Below, one piece after another: positions 23,126 to 24,000 of a stretch of 24,000 nt of DNA. A program made the translations under genes and the position numbers. The notes under the pieces were generated by a model. It was not told the origin of the DNA. It searched no databases and worked only from the letters and a program-made list of their open reading frames with translations. Source of the DNA: Pseudomonadales bacterium (GTDB taxonomy: Bacteria; Pseudomonadota; Gammaproteobacteria; Pseudomonadales; Azotimanducaceae); contig JANQMF010000025.1 of the NCBI GenBank assembly GCA_028280225.1, positions 1 to 24,000 of the forward strand. The letters run 5' to 3'. Position 1 is the first letter of the stretch; each line of letters opens with the position of its first letter.

Positions 23126-23157
23126 TGCCCCAAAAGCTCATCCGGGTTTTTGGGGCA
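23126..23157 (+). terminator. Stem-loop downstream of the TBDR (possible terminator or processing hairpin; no U-tract)
   Basis: TGCCCCAAAA (23126-23135) pairs perfectly with TTTTGGGGCA (23148-23157) around a 12-nt loop. It is followed by acaacgg, so it is not a canonical intrinsic terminator. Confidence 0.35.
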
Positions 23158-23214
23158 ACAACGGTTGAGAAAGTGTTACTCTTAACCCGCTACTTTTGGG
23201 AGAGAGGAGCCAAT

Positions 23215-24000
23215 ATGAGCGAATCCATAGCGCTGACCACCAACCTGCCCCTGGCGCATCTGAATCCGGCAAATCCAAAGCTGTTCAGCGAAGAGAAGAT
23301 CCTGCCTTATTTTAAGCAGATGCGGGCTGAACAACCTGTCCACTACTGCAAAGAAAGTCCCTACGGCCCTTTCTGGTCAGTAACCCGCTACCAGGACATT
23401 TTAGCGGTGGACAAAAATCATCAGCAGTTTTCCTCGGATGCCCACCTGGGCGGCATCATGATAGACGATGATATCGTCGGCGATGTGGACAGCGACTTTT
23501 TTGTCCAGAGTTTTATCACCATGGACCCCCCGGAACATGGACCGCAGCGCAAGGCGGTAAACAAGATTGTTGCACCCGCCAGCCTGGCCAACTTCGAAAC
23601 CCTCATTCGCCAACGTACTCAAGCCTTGTTGGACAGCCTACCGGTTGACCGTGAGTTTGATTGGGTAGATACGGTGTCCATAGAGTTGACCACCATGATG
23701 CTGGCCACCCTGTTCGATTTTCCTTTCGAAGATCGGCGCAAGCTAACCCGCTGGTCCGATGTTACAACCGCGGAAGCGGGTTCTCCGCTGGTACAGAGCC
23801 AGGCACACCGCCGCGCTGAACTTTTTGAATGCCTCACCTACTTTAAGCGTTTGCGCGAACAACGCCGGGACGGCCCACCCAACTTTGATCTGGTGACCAT
23901 GCTGGCCCAGGACGCAGCCACCGCAGATCAGGGTGACGCCCAGTTTCTGGGTAATCTGATGCTGCTGATTGTCGGCGGCAACGACACCACCCGCAATACC
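23215..24000 (+). CDS. Cytochrome P450, CYP153 family (alkane/terminal hydroxylase type), 5' partial; continues past window end
   Basis: Not in the ORF track because there is no stop codon in the window. My translation from ATG 23215 (GAGGAG 5 nt upstream) is MSESIALTT…PFWSVTRYQDILAVDKNHQQFSS…SFITMDPPEHGPQRKAV…DWVDTVSIELTTMMLATLFDFPFEDRRKLTRWSDV…FLGNLMLLIVGGNDTTRNT. The I-helix LLIVGGNDTTRN (23962-24000) and the FDFPFE[DE]RRKLTRWSD block are CYP153 hallmarks. The frame stays open for 262 codons to the end of the window. Confidence 0.92.
   Translation, partial: MSESIALTTNLPLAHLNPANPKLFSEEKILPYFKQMRAEQPVHYCKESPYGPFWSVTRYQDILAVDKNHQQFSSDAHLGGIMIDDDIVGDVDSDFFVQSFITMDPPEHGPQRKAVNKIVAPASLANFETLIRQRTQALLDSLPVDREFDWVDTVSIELTTMMLATLFDFPFEDRRKLTRWSDVTTAEAGSPLVQSQAHRRAELFECLTYFKRLREQRRDGPPNFDLVTMLAQDAATADQGDAQFLGNLMLLIVGGNDTTRNT

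Noticed and set aside
23126-23157. Perfect 10-bp hairpin after the TBDR, considered as a canonical rho-independent terminator.
   Set aside because: It is kept only as a low-confidence feature. There is no downstream U-tract and the stem is A/U-rich at its top. It does not justify claiming that the TBDR and CYP153 genes are transcriptionally insulated.
1-24000. Evidence for a mobile or horizontally acquired island (integrase, transposase, tRNA attachment site, flanking direct repeats, compositional break).
   Set aside because: None was seen. Composition looks uniform apart from the short AT-rich operator patches, and no mobility genes or tRNA genes are present.

Overview
GC-rich chromosomal segment that looks like a marine gammaproteobacterium; the taxon is inferred from gene content and style only. 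It is dominated by iron and heme acquisition genes. All calls come from reading the ORF translations and intergenic DNA by eye. No BLAST or HMM search was run.

Gene content, in order:
- A GFA-family gene bracketed by REP-like palindromes.
- A short all-alpha protein and a DUF3604 lipoprotein, divergent from a secreted 377-aa unknown across a Fur box.
- A complete minus-strand heme-uptake operon: unknown 106-aa ORF, TonB-dependent heme receptor, hmuT, hmuU, hmuV, and an IsdG-type heme-degrading monooxygenase. A Fur-box region lies upstream.
- An MFS transporter convergent with a TetR regulator.
- A Fur-boxed operon encoding an MMPL/COG1033-type RND transporter, a LolA-like periplasmic protein and a predicted outer-membrane barrel.
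- A Fur-repressed orphan pair: a 160-aa Cys-rich protein with a translationally coupled 37-aa membrane peptide that is absent from the ORF track.
- Two paralogous non-heme TonB-dependent receptors flanking a small 4-TM protein that I recognise as styrene-oxide-isomerase (StyC)-like.
- The 5' part of a CYP153-family cytochrome P450, running off the window end and therefore also absent from the ORF track.

No tRNA, rRNA, CRISPR array, transposase or integrase was seen.

The most interesting candidates are:
- The Fur/TetR-associated RND, LolA-like and barrel trio, which has no classical membrane-fusion or TolC partner.
- The SOI-like heme-b membrane protein next to TBDRs and a CYP153.
- The Fur-boxed orphan two-gene module.
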